A stretch of 37,865 bases of DNA from Acidimicrobiia bacterium (GCA_035763625.1 DASUAS010000282.1:1-37865), one strand, 5' to 3'. Positions 11,361-20,012 are shown, counted from the stretch's first letter. A program made the numbers and translations. The notes: generated by a model not told the origin, from the letters alone.

Positions 11361-12353
11361 TCAGTCGAACTTGAGCGCGCTGTAGCGCATGAGCTTCTGC
11401 CACTTGTGGGTGGCGTCGATGGTGCGGATGGTGCCCGACTTCGAGCGCATCACCATCGACTGCGTGCTCGCGCCGTTGCCCCAGTAGCGCACGCCCTTGA
11501 GCAGGTCACCGTCGCTGATGCCGGTGGCGCTGAAGAACACGTCCTCACCCGAGACGAGGTCGTGACTGGTGAGCACGCGATCGAGGTCGTAGCCGGCGTC
11601 GATCGCGGCCCGGCGCTCGTCGTCGTCGCGCGCGTGGAGGCGTCCGAACATCTCGCCACCCATGCAACTGAGCGCGGCGGCTGCGATCACGCCCTCGGGG
11701 GTGCCGCCGATGCCGAAGAGGATGTCGGTGCCGCTGTTGGGTGTGGCGACGGTGATGGCGGCGGCGACGTCGCCGTCCTGGATGAGCTTGATGCGGGCGC
11801 CGGCCTCGCGGCACTGGCGGATGATGCTCTCGTGTCGGGGTCGGTCGAGGACGACCGCGGTGATGTCGTCGACGTCCTCGCCCTTCGCCTTGGCCACCGC
11901 TTCGAGGTTCGCCTTCACCGGCGCGTCGATGTCGATGACGGCGGCGGCTTCGGGCCCCACTGCGATCTTGTCCATGTACACACACGGACCGGGGTCGAAC
12001 ATGGTGCCCCGCTCGGAGATGGCGATGACCGAGATCGCGTTGTTGCGTCCCAACGACGTGAGGGTGGTGCCGTCGATGGGGTCGACCGCGATGTCGCACG
12101 CCGGACCGCCCGAGCCGATCTCCTCGCCGTTGAAGAGCATCGGCGCTTCGTCCTTCTCGCCCTCGCCGATGACGACGACGCCCTCCATCGAGACCGAGTT
12201 GAGGATGATGCGCATGGCGTCGACCGCAGCACCGTCGGCGCCGTTCTTGTCGCCCTTGCCGAGCCATCGGCCGGCGGCGAGCGCGGCGGCCTCGGTGACG
12301 CGCACGAGCTCGAGCGCGAGGTTCCGATCGGGGGCCTGGGTCTCGGGTTCCAT
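11361..12353 (-). CDS. glpX: Fructose-1,6-bisphosphatase class II (GlpX)
   Basis: 330 aa starting at ATG 12353 ([24 protein letters not shown]). Motifs include AVDPIDGTT and GIGGTPEGV. The upstream part of ORF 11361..13061 is antisense junk. Confidence 0.9.
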   Translation of the reverse strand: MEPETQAPDRNLALELVRVTEAAALAAGRWLGKGDKNGADGAAVDAMRIILNSVSMEGVVVIGEGEKDEAPMLFNGEEIGSGGPACDIAVDPIDGTTLTSLGRNNAISVIAISERGTMFDPGPCVYMDKIAVGPEAAAVIDIDAPVKANLEAVAKAKGEDVDDITAVVLDRPRHESIIRQCREAGARIKLIQDGDVAAAITVATPNSGTDILFGIGGTPEGVIAAAALSCMGGEMFGRLHARDDDERRAAIDAGYDLDRVLTSHDLVSGEDVFFSATGISDGDLLKGVRYWGNGASTQSMVMRSKSGTIRTIDATHKWQKLMRYSALKFD

Positions 12354-12360
12354 TCGGGGG

Positions 12361-12366
12361 AGCGTA
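12361..12366 (-). promoter_or_regulatory. -10-like hexamer TACGCT, 7 nt before ATG 12353 (leaderless geometry)
   Basis: The minus strand reads TACGCTcccccgaATG. Confidence 0.45.
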
Positions 12367-12389
12367 CCCGGATGCGACCCCGATCCGGG
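12367..12389. promoter_or_regulatory. Inverted repeat CCCGGAT-N9-ATCCGGG in the glpX / O-methyltransferase divergent promoter region
   Basis: Perfect 7-bp arms at 12367-12373 and 12383-12389. It directly abuts the glpX -10 hexamer. Confidence 0.3.
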
Positions 12390-12410
12390 CGGGCGCGAGA
12401 CTGCCCGGAC

Positions 12411-13025
12411 ATGGACCCCTCGCTGCTGGAAGCCGCCCGTGCCGCGGTCGGTTTCATGCCCGACGACGAGGGCCGGGCGCTCCACGACGCGGGCCTCGAG
12501 GCGGCCGCCACCGGTCCCCTGCTCGAGATCGGGACGTATTGCGGCAAGTCGGCCATCTACCTCGGTGCCGCCGCGCGCGAGGCCGGGAGCATCGTCTACA
12601 CCGTCGACCACCACCGCGGGTCCGAGGAGAACCAAGCGGGCTGGGAGCACCACGACGACCGCCTCGTCGACGCCCGCACCGGCCGCATGGACACGCTGCC
12701 GTTCTTCCGTCGGACGATCGAGGACGCCGGGCTCGAAGACGTCGTCGTCGCGGTGATCGGGCACTCGCCGACGGTGGCGGCGCACTGGGCCACGCCGCTC
12801 GGCCTCGTGTTCATCGACGGTGGCCACGCGTTCGACGTCGCGCTCTCCGACTACGAGGGTTGGGCCCGCTTCGTCGCCCCTGGCGGCATGCTCGCGTTCC
12901 ACGACGTCTTCGAGGATCCGACGGACGGCGGTCAGGCGCCCTACCGGGTGTGGCAGCGCGCGGTCGCCGACGGCTTCACCCCTGTCTCGACCACCGGCAG
13001 CCTGAGGGTGCTGCGCGCCGGCTGA
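12411..13025 (+). CDS. Class I SAM-dependent O-methyltransferase (family-3 / Methyltransf_24-like)
   Basis: 204 aa from ATG 12411. The SAM motif is [16 protein letters not shown], and FIDGGHAFD is typical of cation-dependent OMT-like enzymes. Confidence 0.75.
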   Translation: MDPSLLEAARAAVGFMPDDEGRALHDAGLEAAATGPLLEIGTYCGKSAIYLGAAAREAGSIVYTVDHHRGSEENQAGWEHHDDRLVDARTGRMDTLPFFRRTIEDAGLEDVVVAVIGHSPTVAAHWATPLGLVFIDGGHAFDVALSDYEGWARFVAPGGMLAFHDVFEDPTDGGQAPYRVWQRAVADGFTPVSTTGSLRVLRAG

Positions 13026-13032
13026 ACCATCT

Positions 13033-13071
13033 GGCGTCACCAGTGTGCCGTAGTGGCACACGAGTGACGCC
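13033..13071. terminator. Strong hairpin between convergent genes (8 bp + 2x2 internal loop + 7 bp, loop GTAGT); bidirectional terminator candidate
   Basis: GGCGTCACcaGTGTGCC gtagt GGCACACgaGTGACGCC. It lies 8 nt after the stop at 13025 and 12 nt before the stop at 13083. Confidence 0.55.
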
Positions 13072-13082
13072 GAACGGATCGC

Positions 13083-14189
13083 TTACTTGCGGGCGCGCTC
13101 TTCGGCGATCTCGACGCCCGCCGCGAGCAGCTCGTCGGCGTTGAGGCCCTCGGGGAGGCGCTCTCCGCGGAACAGCCCGGCGGTGGGACCGGCACCGGTG
13201 AGCGCGGTCGCGGCCAGCACCACCGCGGCGGAGTTCCACGTGGGTTGCTCGACGGGGTAGAGCTCGCCGTCGCGGTGGAACGCGTCGTCGTCGAAGTTGG
13301 CGCCGGTCCAGTACCCCCCGCCCTCGGCCCGCAGGAAGTGCACCGAGCTGTAGAGCCGACGGGCGTGGTCGTGCGACCCGATCGCGTCGAGCGCCATCAC
13401 CAGCTCGCACGTCTCCGCCGCGGTCACCCACGGACGGTCCGAGACGCAGCGCACGCCGCGGCCCTCCACCACGAACGTCGCCCAGCGCGATGCCACGCGC
13501 GCGTCGGCCGGGTAGCCGCGCAGCACGCCGCCGAGGATGGGGTAGTACCAGTCCATCGCCCAGCGGTCCTTGTCGAGGAACACGTCGGGCCGGTGGGCGA
13601 CGGCGATGGCGAGCGCGCCGAGCGACAGCTCCCAGTCGGGGCGCTCGTGGCCGAGCCGCTCCGCGATCGCCAGCGCGCACTTCAGGCTGTGGTGGATGCT
13701 CGACGACCCGGTGAGCAGCGCGCCGTCATCGGGATCGTCGCCCCGCCACGCGATCTCGCCGGTCTCGCGCTGGAAGTCGAGCGCGAAGTCGATCGCGGCC
13801 TCGACCGTCGGCCACAGCTTCCGCAGGTACGCGGTGTCGCCGGTGAGGAGGTGGTGGTGCCACGCGCCGGTCGCCAGGTAGCACGTGACGTTGGTGTCGA
13901 GGGTGGGGTCCTCGATCTCGTCGCCGAGGTAGTAGGCGTGCCACGCGCCATCGGCACGTTGCATGCCGACCAGCCAGTCGAACGCAGCCCGCGCCTCGTC
14001 GTGACGACCGCCGAGGTCGAGCGCCATCGCGGCCTCGACCATGTTCCACGGATCGGTGTGCCCTCCGGGGAACCACGGGATGTTGCCGTCGGGCAACTGG
14101 ATCGACGCGACCGCGTCGACCGTCGCCAGCAGGTCGGCCGTCGTGACGATGCCCTCGACGTCGGCGAGATGGTGGTCGCGGTGGGTCAT
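13083..14189 (-). CDS. (alpha/alpha)6-barrel protein with squalene-cyclase/prenyltransferase-type QW repeat (possible polysaccharide hydrolase, MmpH-like?)
   Basis: 368 aa from ATG 14189. The start overlaps the upstream stop (ATGA). It carries the QW motif RAAFDWLVGMQRADGAW and DPDD at residues 152-155. Confidence 0.6.
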   Translation of the reverse strand: MTHRDHHLADVEGIVTTADLLATVDAVASIQLPDGNIPWFPGGHTDPWNMVEAAMALDLGGRHDEARAAFDWLVGMQRADGAWHAYYLGDEIEDPTLDTNVTCYLATGAWHHHLLTGDTAYLRKLWPTVEAAIDFALDFQRETGEIAWRGDDPDDGALLTGSSSIHHSLKCALAIAERLGHERPDWELSLGALAIAVAHRPDVFLDKDRWAMDWYYPILGGVLRGYPADARVASRWATFVVEGRGVRCVSDRPWVTAAETCELVMALDAIGSHDHARRLYSSVHFLRAEGGGYWTGANFDDDAFHRDGELYPVEQPTWNSAAVVLAATALTGAGPTAGLFRGERLPEGLNADELLAAGVEIAEERARK

Positions 14190-14899
14190 CCGACCTTCTG
14201 CGTGTAGACGACCAGGCTCTTGCCCATCACCGGGTTGAGCGTGCGGTCCAGGGTGGCGACCCATCGCGGCTGGCGCACGATCTGGTACACGAGGAAGTCG
14301 TGGTACTTGCGCACCGGCCACGCGCCGGGGTTGTCGAGCCCGAACGTGCACTTCAGCCACCAGTAGGGCGAGTGCAACGAGTGCGCGTGGTGCGAGCCGC
14401 GCAGCCACAGCCCGGCCGACTCGAGCTTCTGCTCGAGCTCGTGCTGGCGGTAGATGCGGACGTGGCCGCCGGGCGTGTCGTGGTAGCGGTGGTTGATGGC
14501 CCAGCTCACCCGCTCGGGCCAGCGGGTCGGCACCGTCACCGCCATGCGTCCGCCGGGTCGCAGCACCCGGACCAGCTCGGCGATGGCGCCGGCGTCGTCC
14601 CACAGGTGCTCGAGCACCTCCGACGCGATGATGCGGTCGAAGGAGGCGTCGGGGAACGGCAGGCGCAGGGCGTCGCCGTTGACCTCGCCACCAGGCGCGT
14701 CCTCGCGGATCTCGCCTGCCTCGATCATCGCGCCCCGCGTGGCGCGCACCTCCTTGAGCTCACCGGCGTCGTAGTCGAGGGCGACGACGGTGGCGCCGTG
14801 GCGCATCGCGGTGAACGCGTGCCGACCACCGCCGCAACCCATGTCGAGGAGACGGTCGCCCTCACGCAGGTCGAGGCGGTCGAAGTCGACCGTCAGCAT
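14186..14899 (-). CDS. Class I SAM-dependent methyltransferase (Methyltransf_11-like)
   Basis: 237 aa from ATG 14899 (MLTVDFDRLDLREGDRLLDMGCGGGRH). The start overlaps the GT stop (ATGCTGA). Confidence 0.8.
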   Translation of the reverse strand: MLTVDFDRLDLREGDRLLDMGCGGGRHAFTAMRHGATVVALDYDAGELKEVRATRGAMIEAGEIREDAPGGEVNGDALRLPFPDASFDRIIASEVLEHLWDDAGAIAELVRVLRPGGRMAVTVPTRWPERVSWAINHRYHDTPGGHVRIYRQHELEQKLESAGLWLRGSHHAHSLHSPYWWLKCTFGLDNPGAWPVRKYHDFLVYQIVRQPRWVATLDRTLNPVMGKSLVVYTQKVG

Positions 14900-16167
14900 G
14901 AGGCCGCACCGGTGCGCGCGTCGAGCAGCGCGCGGTAGTTCTCGACGGTGCCGATCGCGGTCTGGCGCCACGTGAAGTTGTCGAGGGCGCGTCTGCGGCC
15001 GGCGGCGCCGATGCGGGCGCGGAGGTCGGCATCACCCAGCGCGCGCAGCAGGGTGGTGGCGAGCGAGTCGGGATCACCGGGAGGCACGAGCAGGCCGGTC
15101 TCGCCGTCGGTGCCGACGACCTCGGGGAGCGCGCCACCGGTGGTCGCCACCAGCGGCACTCCGCACGCCATCGCCTCGACCGCGGGAAGCGAGAAGCCCT
15201 CGTAGAGCGACGGCACCACCGCGACCTCGGCCTCGGCGTACAGCTCGACGATGCGCTCCGTGCTCACTCCTGACACGAAGCGCACCGCGCCGGTGAGGCC
15301 GAGCCGCTCGATGATGCCGGGGATCTTGCTCTTGCCCTTGGGCTTGCCGATGATCACGAGCTGGGCGTCGTCGCGCTCGGTGCGCACCTTGGCCAGCGCC
15401 TCCAGCAGCGGGATGAGCCCCTTCATGGGGACGTCGGAGCTGGTGGTGGTCATCAAGCGACCGGGCACCCGCGCGATCTCGGGCATCGGGTGGAAGATCT
15501 TCGGGTCGACCCCGACCGGGACGATGTGCAGCCGCTCGGGTCGCACGTCCATGTGGGTGACGATGTCGCGCTTGCTCGACTCCGACACCGTCACGACGCG
15601 CGGGATCGCACGCGCCACCTTCATCTGCATGCCGAGGAACCCGTACCAACGCCGCAGCGTGAAGCGGCGCCACGCGCTGGTGGCGTGCTCGAGGTCGAGG
15701 TCGCGGTCGACGGTGATCGGGTGGTGCAGGGTGGCGAGCACCGGCCAGCCGTCGTCCATCATCCCGAGCAGGCCGGACCCGAGGCACTGGTTGTCGTGGA
15801 TCAGGTCGAACTCGGCGCGGCGCGGCCCGAGGATCCGGCGCGCCCGCAGGCTGAACGTGTACGGCTCCGGGAAGCCTGCCGAGCACATGACGGCGAACTC
15901 CTGGAGGTCGATCGTGGTCTTGAACTCCCACGGCCACGGCACCCGGAACGGGTTCTCGGGCCGGTAGAGGTCGAGGCTGGGCACCCGCTGGAGCTGCGAC
16001 ATGTCGTCGAGCTCCGGGTAGGGCTGCCCCGAGAGGACGGTCACCCGATGCCCCAGCTCGGTCAGCTCCCGGGCCACGTAGCGGGTGTAGACACCTTGAC
16101 CGCCGCAGTACGGGTTGCCCCGGTAGACCAGCCAGGCGATGCGGAGACTCTCGGACTGAGACGGCAT
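14893..16167 (-). CDS. Glycosyltransferase family 4 (GT-B, retaining)
   Basis: 424 aa. The N-terminus is GGQGVYTRYVARELTELGH. The EX7E motif is EGFSLPAVE. Confidence 0.85.
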   Translation of the reverse strand: MPSQSESLRIAWLVYRGNPYCGGQGVYTRYVARELTELGHRVTVLSGQPYPELDDMSQLQRVPSLDLYRPENPFRVPWPWEFKTTIDLQEFAVMCSAGFPEPYTFSLRARRILGPRRAEFDLIHDNQCLGSGLLGMMDDGWPVLATLHHPITVDRDLDLEHATSAWRRFTLRRWYGFLGMQMKVARAIPRVVTVSESSKRDIVTHMDVRPERLHIVPVGVDPKIFHPMPEIARVPGRLMTTTSSDVPMKGLIPLLEALAKVRTERDDAQLVIIGKPKGKSKIPGIIERLGLTGAVRFVSGVSTERIVELYAEAEVAVVPSLYEGFSLPAVEAMACGVPLVATTGGALPEVVGTDGETGLLVPPGDPDSLATTLLRALGDADLRARIGAAGRRRALDNFTWRQTAIGTVENYRALLDARTGAASC

Positions 16168-16175
16168 GAGCCGAT

Positions 16176-16190
16176 CAGTCTCGCAGACTG
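16176..16190. promoter_or_regulatory. 15-bp palindrome CAGTCT-CGC-AGACTG overlapping the -10-like GAGACT of the GT operon
   Basis: Read directly from the sequence. The minus strand reads GCGAGACTGatcggctcATG(16167). Confidence 0.3.
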
Positions 16191-16293
16191 CACCCGGATC
16201 CGACGAACGTGCAGGTGGCGGCCCATCTGTCGTCCCGCCTCGTCACGGCGGGGCCCGCGGCCGGCGCTGGGCATCTCGTACCCTCGGGGGCTC

Positions 16294-18120
16294 ATGACCG
16301 GCATCTCCGCGGCCGCGCTGGCGCGGTCGCGCACCCTGGGCGAGGCACGCTGGTCGCCCGACGACGCCCGGCTGGCGTGGCTCGACGTCTTTTTCGGCCG
16401 GGTCGACCTCATGGTGGGGCCGGCCGACGGGCGCGGGCCGGAGACGACCCTCACCGCCGAGGTTCCGGTGACCGGCCTGGGCGCGTACGGCGGTGGTGGT
16501 TACTGCTGGGCCGACGCCAACACGCTGATCTACGCGGCCGCCGACGGCCGCCTCCTGGCGATCGACCGGCGCGGAGGCCCGGTGCGGCTGCTCTCGCGCG
16601 ACGGTCGGGCGGCGGCGCCGGCGGCGTCGCCCGACGGTCGCCGGGTGGCGTTCGTGGTCGAGCGCGCCGACAGCTGTGACGTCGCGATGGTCGACGTCGA
16701 CGGCGAGACCTGGCCGCGACGCATCTCGCATGCGGACTACGCCTGGGATCCGTCGTGGTCGGCCGACGGTCATGCCCTCGCGTGGCACGAGTGGGACCTC
16801 CCGAACATGCCCTGGGACGGCTCGCGCATCATGGCGATCCCCGTCGACGACACGAACGCGGCGCCACTGCTCGTCGCCGGAGGTGACGACGTCGCGGTCG
16901 GGCAGCCGCGCTTCGCACCCCTCGGCGACGCGCTCGCGTTCGTCGCCGAGCTCGACGGCTGGATGAACGTCTGGATGGTCGAACGGATCGGCGACGCACC
17001 GACCTGCGTGCTCGCCGAACCACACGAGCACGCTGACCCGTCATGGGGCCCCGGTCAACGCTCGTTCGCGTGGTCGCCCGATGCGCGTTCGATCGCACTC
17101 GGTCGCAACGAGGAAGGCTTCGGGCGCCTCGTCGTCGTGACGCTCGATCGCGACCGCGCCGTCGCCGAGGTGTCGAAGGGCTGGCACGCCGGCCTCGACT
17201 GGGGGAGCGCGGGCATCGCGTGCATCCGCTCCGGCGGGCGCACCGCGCCGCAGCTCACCGTGCTCGATCCGGCCACCGGTGCGCGGGAGGCGCGTCGCCG
17301 CGGCGCGCCGGCCGAGCTCGACGCCGTCGATCTCCCCGAACCCGAGCCCTGCACGTGGACCGGAGACGACGGTGAACCCGTGCACGGTCTGCTCTGGCTA
17401 CCTCCGCCCGGCGTGTGCGACGCGGGCTCGCCGCCGCCGCTGCTCGTCGACGTGCACGGTGGGCCGACCGACCAGTCGACCGTCGACTGGAAGCCCCGCG
17501 TCCGCTGGTTCGTGTCCCGTGGCTGGGCGGTGCTCAACCCCAATTACCGCGGCTCGACCGGCTACGGGCGCGGCTACCGGCACGCCCTCGACCACGCGTG
17601 GGGCGAGGTCGACGTCACCGACACCGTCGCCGGGATCCGCGCCCTCGCCCACGACGACCGCGTCGACGCGTCGCGTGCCGCGGTGATGGGCGGCAGCGCC
17701 GGTGGTTTCACCGCGCTGCTCGTGGCCGCGCACGACCGCTCCGTCGTGCGCGCCGCGGTCAGCCTGTTCGGCGTGACCGACCTGTTCGATCTCGCCGCCA
17801 CGACGCACCGCTTCGAGTCGCGCTACCTCGACCGGCTCGTGGGCACCCTGCCCGCGCACGCCGACCGCTACAGGACGCGTTCGCCGGTCACCCGCGCCGG
17901 GGAGATCGGCGTGCCGGTGCTCGTGTTGCAGGGCGCCGACGACAAGGTGGTGCCGCCGGCGCAGGCGCAGCTCCTGGTCGACTCGATGCGGGCTGCCGGC
18001 GGCACCGTCGAGCAGCACGTGTACGAAGGCGAGGGGCACGGCTTCTCGAAGGAGTCCACCATCGTCGACTCGTTCGAGCGCATCGAGCGATTCCTCACGC
18101 GATGGGTGGTGCAGCGATGA
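16294..18120 (+). CDS. S9 family serine peptidase (prolyl oligopeptidase / acylaminoacyl-peptidase type)
   Basis: 608 aa from ATG 16294. It has a beta-propeller N-terminal half. The nucleophile is GGSAGG, the Asp lies in QGADDKVVP, and the His lies in GEGHGF. TACCCT sits 9 nt upstream of the start. Confidence 0.85.
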   Translation: MTGISAAALARSRTLGEARWSPDDARLAWLDVFFGRVDLMVGPADGRGPETTLTAEVPVTGLGAYGGGGYCWADANTLIYAAADGRLLAIDRRGGPVRLLSRDGRAAAPAASPDGRRVAFVVERADSCDVAMVDVDGETWPRRISHADYAWDPSWSADGHALAWHEWDLPNMPWDGSRIMAIPVDDTNAAPLLVAGGDDVAVGQPRFAPLGDALAFVAELDGWMNVWMVERIGDAPTCVLAEPHEHADPSWGPGQRSFAWSPDARSIALGRNEEGFGRLVVVTLDRDRAVAEVSKGWHAGLDWGSAGIACIRSGGRTAPQLTVLDPATGAREARRRGAPAELDAVDLPEPEPCTWTGDDGEPVHGLLWLPPPGVCDAGSPPPLLVDVHGGPTDQSTVDWKPRVRWFVSRGWAVLNPNYRGSTGYGRGYRHALDHAWGEVDVTDTVAGIRALAHDDRVDASRAAVMGGSAGGFTALLVAAHDRSVVRAAVSLFGVTDLFDLAATTHRFESRYLDRLVGTLPAHADRYRTRSPVTRAGEIGVPVLVLQGADDKVVPPAQAQLLVDSMRAAGGTVEQHVYEGEGHGFSKESTIVDSFERIERFLTRWVVQR

Positions 18121-18133
18121 CGGTCGTGCCGCG

Positions 18134-18793
18134 ATGACCGATCCGCTGGTGACCGAGTACGAGTGGCAGGGGCCGAAGCGGGGCGCCGACCGTGCGGTGC
18201 TGCTGGCGCACGGCGCCGGCTCCGACCTGCACGGCGCCGCACTGGTGACCGTCGCCGACGCGCTGGCAGCTGCGAAGATCCCGTCGCTGCGCTTCAACTA
18301 CCCGTACCGGACGGCTGGACGCAACGCACCGGACCGTCCGAAGGTGCTCGACGCGGCCACCCGCGAGGCCGCCGCCGAGCTGGCGAAGCGCGCGAAGCTC
18401 CCGTTCGAACGGCTCGTGCTCGGGGGCCGGTCGATGGGGGGCCGCTACTGCTCGATGGTCGTGGGCGACGCCGACGACCCGGTGCCCGCCCTCGGGCTGG
18501 TGATGCTGTCGTATCCCCTGCACGCGGCGGGCAAGCCCGACCAACCGCGGACGGCGCACTTCCCGGACATCCGGGTCCCGATCCTGTTCGTCAGCGGCAC
18601 CCGTGACTCGCTGGCGGATCGAGACGCGCTCACGACCGCGGCCGAGGCGGTGCGCGGGAAGGTCGCGTTCCACTGGGTGGACACCGCCGACCACGGCTAC
18701 CGGCCCCTGAAGGCGAGCGGGCGCACGATCGCCGACGTCCTCGCCGAGGTCGCCGACACCACGGTGACCTGGGTGGCCGGGCTACCGGGCTGA
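18134..18793 (+). CDS. Alpha/beta hydrolase (COG3571 / KANL3-Tex30-like)
   Basis: 219 aa. The nucleophile elbow is LGGRSMGGR. It starts 13 nt after the peptidase stop, so it is probably co-transcribed. Confidence 0.7.
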   Translation: MTDPLVTEYEWQGPKRGADRAVLLAHGAGSDLHGAALVTVADALAAAKIPSLRFNYPYRTAGRNAPDRPKVLDAATREAAAELAKRAKLPFERLVLGGRSMGGRYCSMVVGDADDPVPALGLVMLSYPLHAAGKPDQPRTAHFPDIRVPILFVSGTRDSLADRDALTTAAEAVRGKVAFHWVDTADHGYRPLKASGRTIADVLAEVADTTVTWVAGLPG

Positions 18794-18941
18794 GCCTGCG
18801 TGTGATCCCCGCTGACGATGGGTTTGATCGGGAATTGTGATGCGAAGTCTTGACGGGCAGCTCGCCACGCGCGCGAAATGAGGGCTCGGCAACGGCGCCG
18901 GATCCCTTCGTCCCCCACGCTTCGCTTCCCCGGAGGATCCC

Positions 18942-19400
18942 ATGCCTGGCCTCGAGGTACGCCCCACCGTCCACACCCGGATCGGCCCCCAGCGGGGGCG
19001 GCTGCGCAACGCCGCCATCGTCTTCGAGCAGATCTCGAGCGACGTCGACGCCAGGCGCGACACCTGGATCGTCGCCGTCGGCGTGGCGCTCGACGGGCTC
19101 GCCGACGCCTGGGAGGAGCACGTCGCCTTCACCGAGGGTCCCGACGGCCTGTTCGAGGAGCTGCTGAACGAGACGCTGGAGGTCGCGTCCGAGATCGACC
19201 GCCTCCGCCGCGATCACGAGGTGCTCGAAGCCCACGTGGCCCGGGCCCGGGAGCTGCTGGCCCAGCCCTCCGCCGGGCCCGAGGACACCCGGGTGCTGCT
19301 GGTGCTCACCGGCATCGCCAAGCTGGTCGACCAGCACCGCCGCCGGGGCGCCGACCTGCTCTACCGCGTCTACAGCGTCGACGTCTCCGCCGGCGACTGA
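18942..19400 (+). CDS. Hypothetical helical protein (weak hemerythrin-like His/Glu/Asp spacing)
   Basis: 152 aa. GGAGGA sits 4 nt before the ATG. Amino-acid composition is balanced, unlike the overlapping Arg/Pro-rich frame. I recognise no family with certainty. Confidence 0.6.
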   Translation: MPGLEVRPTVHTRIGPQRGRLRNAAIVFEQISSDVDARRDTWIVAVGVALDGLADAWEEHVAFTEGPDGLFEELLNETLEVASEIDRLRRDHEVLEAHVARARELLAQPSAGPEDTRVLLVLTGIAKLVDQHRRRGADLLYRVYSVDVSAGD

Positions 19401-19402
19401 CG

Positions 19403-19433
19403 GAGCCCGCTGCTCGCCCGGATCGGCGGGCTC
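19403..19433 (+). terminator. Stem-loop GAGCCCGC-N15-GCGGGCTC between the hypothetical gene and the cyclase gene
   Basis: 8-bp perfect GC-rich stem, 3 nt after the stop at 19400. There is no U-tract. Confidence 0.3.
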
Positions 19434-19477
19434 GGAACAACCCGGGAACGGAGCCGGTCATCGGCCAAACTGTCTCG

Positions 19478-20005
19478 GTGCGGGTCTTCCGGTGCTTCGC
19501 CTTCGTCGACATGTGTGGCTTCACGCGCATGAACGACACGCTCGGTGACGACGAGGCGCTGGCCGTCCTCGCGGAGTTCCGCTCGATCGTGCGCGGGCTC
19601 TCGCCCGACCACGGCATCCGCGTGGGCAAGTGGCTCGGTGACGGATGCATGTTCGTGGGCACCGAGGTGCGCCCGGTCGTCGAGACCGTGCTCGACCTCA
19701 CCGAGCGGATGCAGAACGCGAGCATCGTCCTGCCGCTGCGCATCGGCATCGCCGCGGGGCGCGTCATCGTCTTCGAGGGCGACGACTTCATCGGCATGTC
19801 GATCAACCTGGCGTCGCGGCTGTGCGACGCGGCCGCGCCGGGTGAGATCCTCGCCAACGACGAAGTGGTGCACGCGCTCGGCGATGCGTTCCCCGTCATC
19901 GCGTTGGGCGAACGGCAGATCCCCGGCATCGTCACCCCCATCCCGGTCTGGCGCATCGCGGCGCCGGAGATGGAGGACGAGCTGCCGCTGAGCTTCGCGG
20001 AGTGA
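19478..20005 (+). CDS. Class III adenylate cyclase, catalytic domain only (about 175 aa)
   Basis: Metal Asp residues lie in FVDMCGFT and LGDGCMF. The substrate Lys lies in GKWLGDG. The Asp/Asn/Arg block is [13 protein letters not shown]. The start is set at GTG 19478, the first start codon upstream of the first metal Asp. The start is uncertain. Confidence 0.75.
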   Translation: MRVFRCFAFVDMCGFTRMNDTLGDDEALAVLAEFRSIVRGLSPDHGIRVGKWLGDGCMFVGTEVRPVVETVLDLTERMQNASIVLPLRIGIAAGRVIVFEGDDFIGMSINLASRLCDAAAPGEILANDEVVHALGDAFPVIALGERQIPGIVTPIPVWRIAAPEMEDELPLSFAE

Positions 20006-20012
20006 TCAGGAG

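Noticed and set aside
11146-11403. 85-aa minus-strand ORF between the ABC ATPase gene and glpX
   Set aside because: It overlaps the glpX 3' end and the better-supported plus-strand mini-ORF. It has poor composition, no RBS and no promoter-like hexamer.
15490-16293. N-terminal 268 codons of the 876-aa ORF containing the S9 peptidase
   Set aside because: This part lies antisense to the GT4 gene and is Arg/Pro/Asp-rich. The peptidase homology begins after ATG 16294, which has a -10-like hexamer upstream.
18836-18851. Possible cAMP receptor protein (CRP) site upstream of the cyclase locus, starting with TGTGA
   Set aside because: Only the left half-site matches TGTGA-N6-TCACA. The right half reads GTCTT (1/5 match).
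18818-18853. 11-codon upstream ORF (MGLIGNCDAKS) in the spacer before gene 18942
   Set aside because: Its codons end mostly in T or A, unlike genuine genes here. It has no RBS and is too short to evaluate.
18878-19477. Long N-terminal extension of the adenylate cyclase ORF (375-aa version)
   Set aside because: The extension is Arg/Pro/Gly-rich junk and overlaps, in another frame, ORF 18942..19400. That ORF has balanced composition and a GGAGGA ribosome-binding site.
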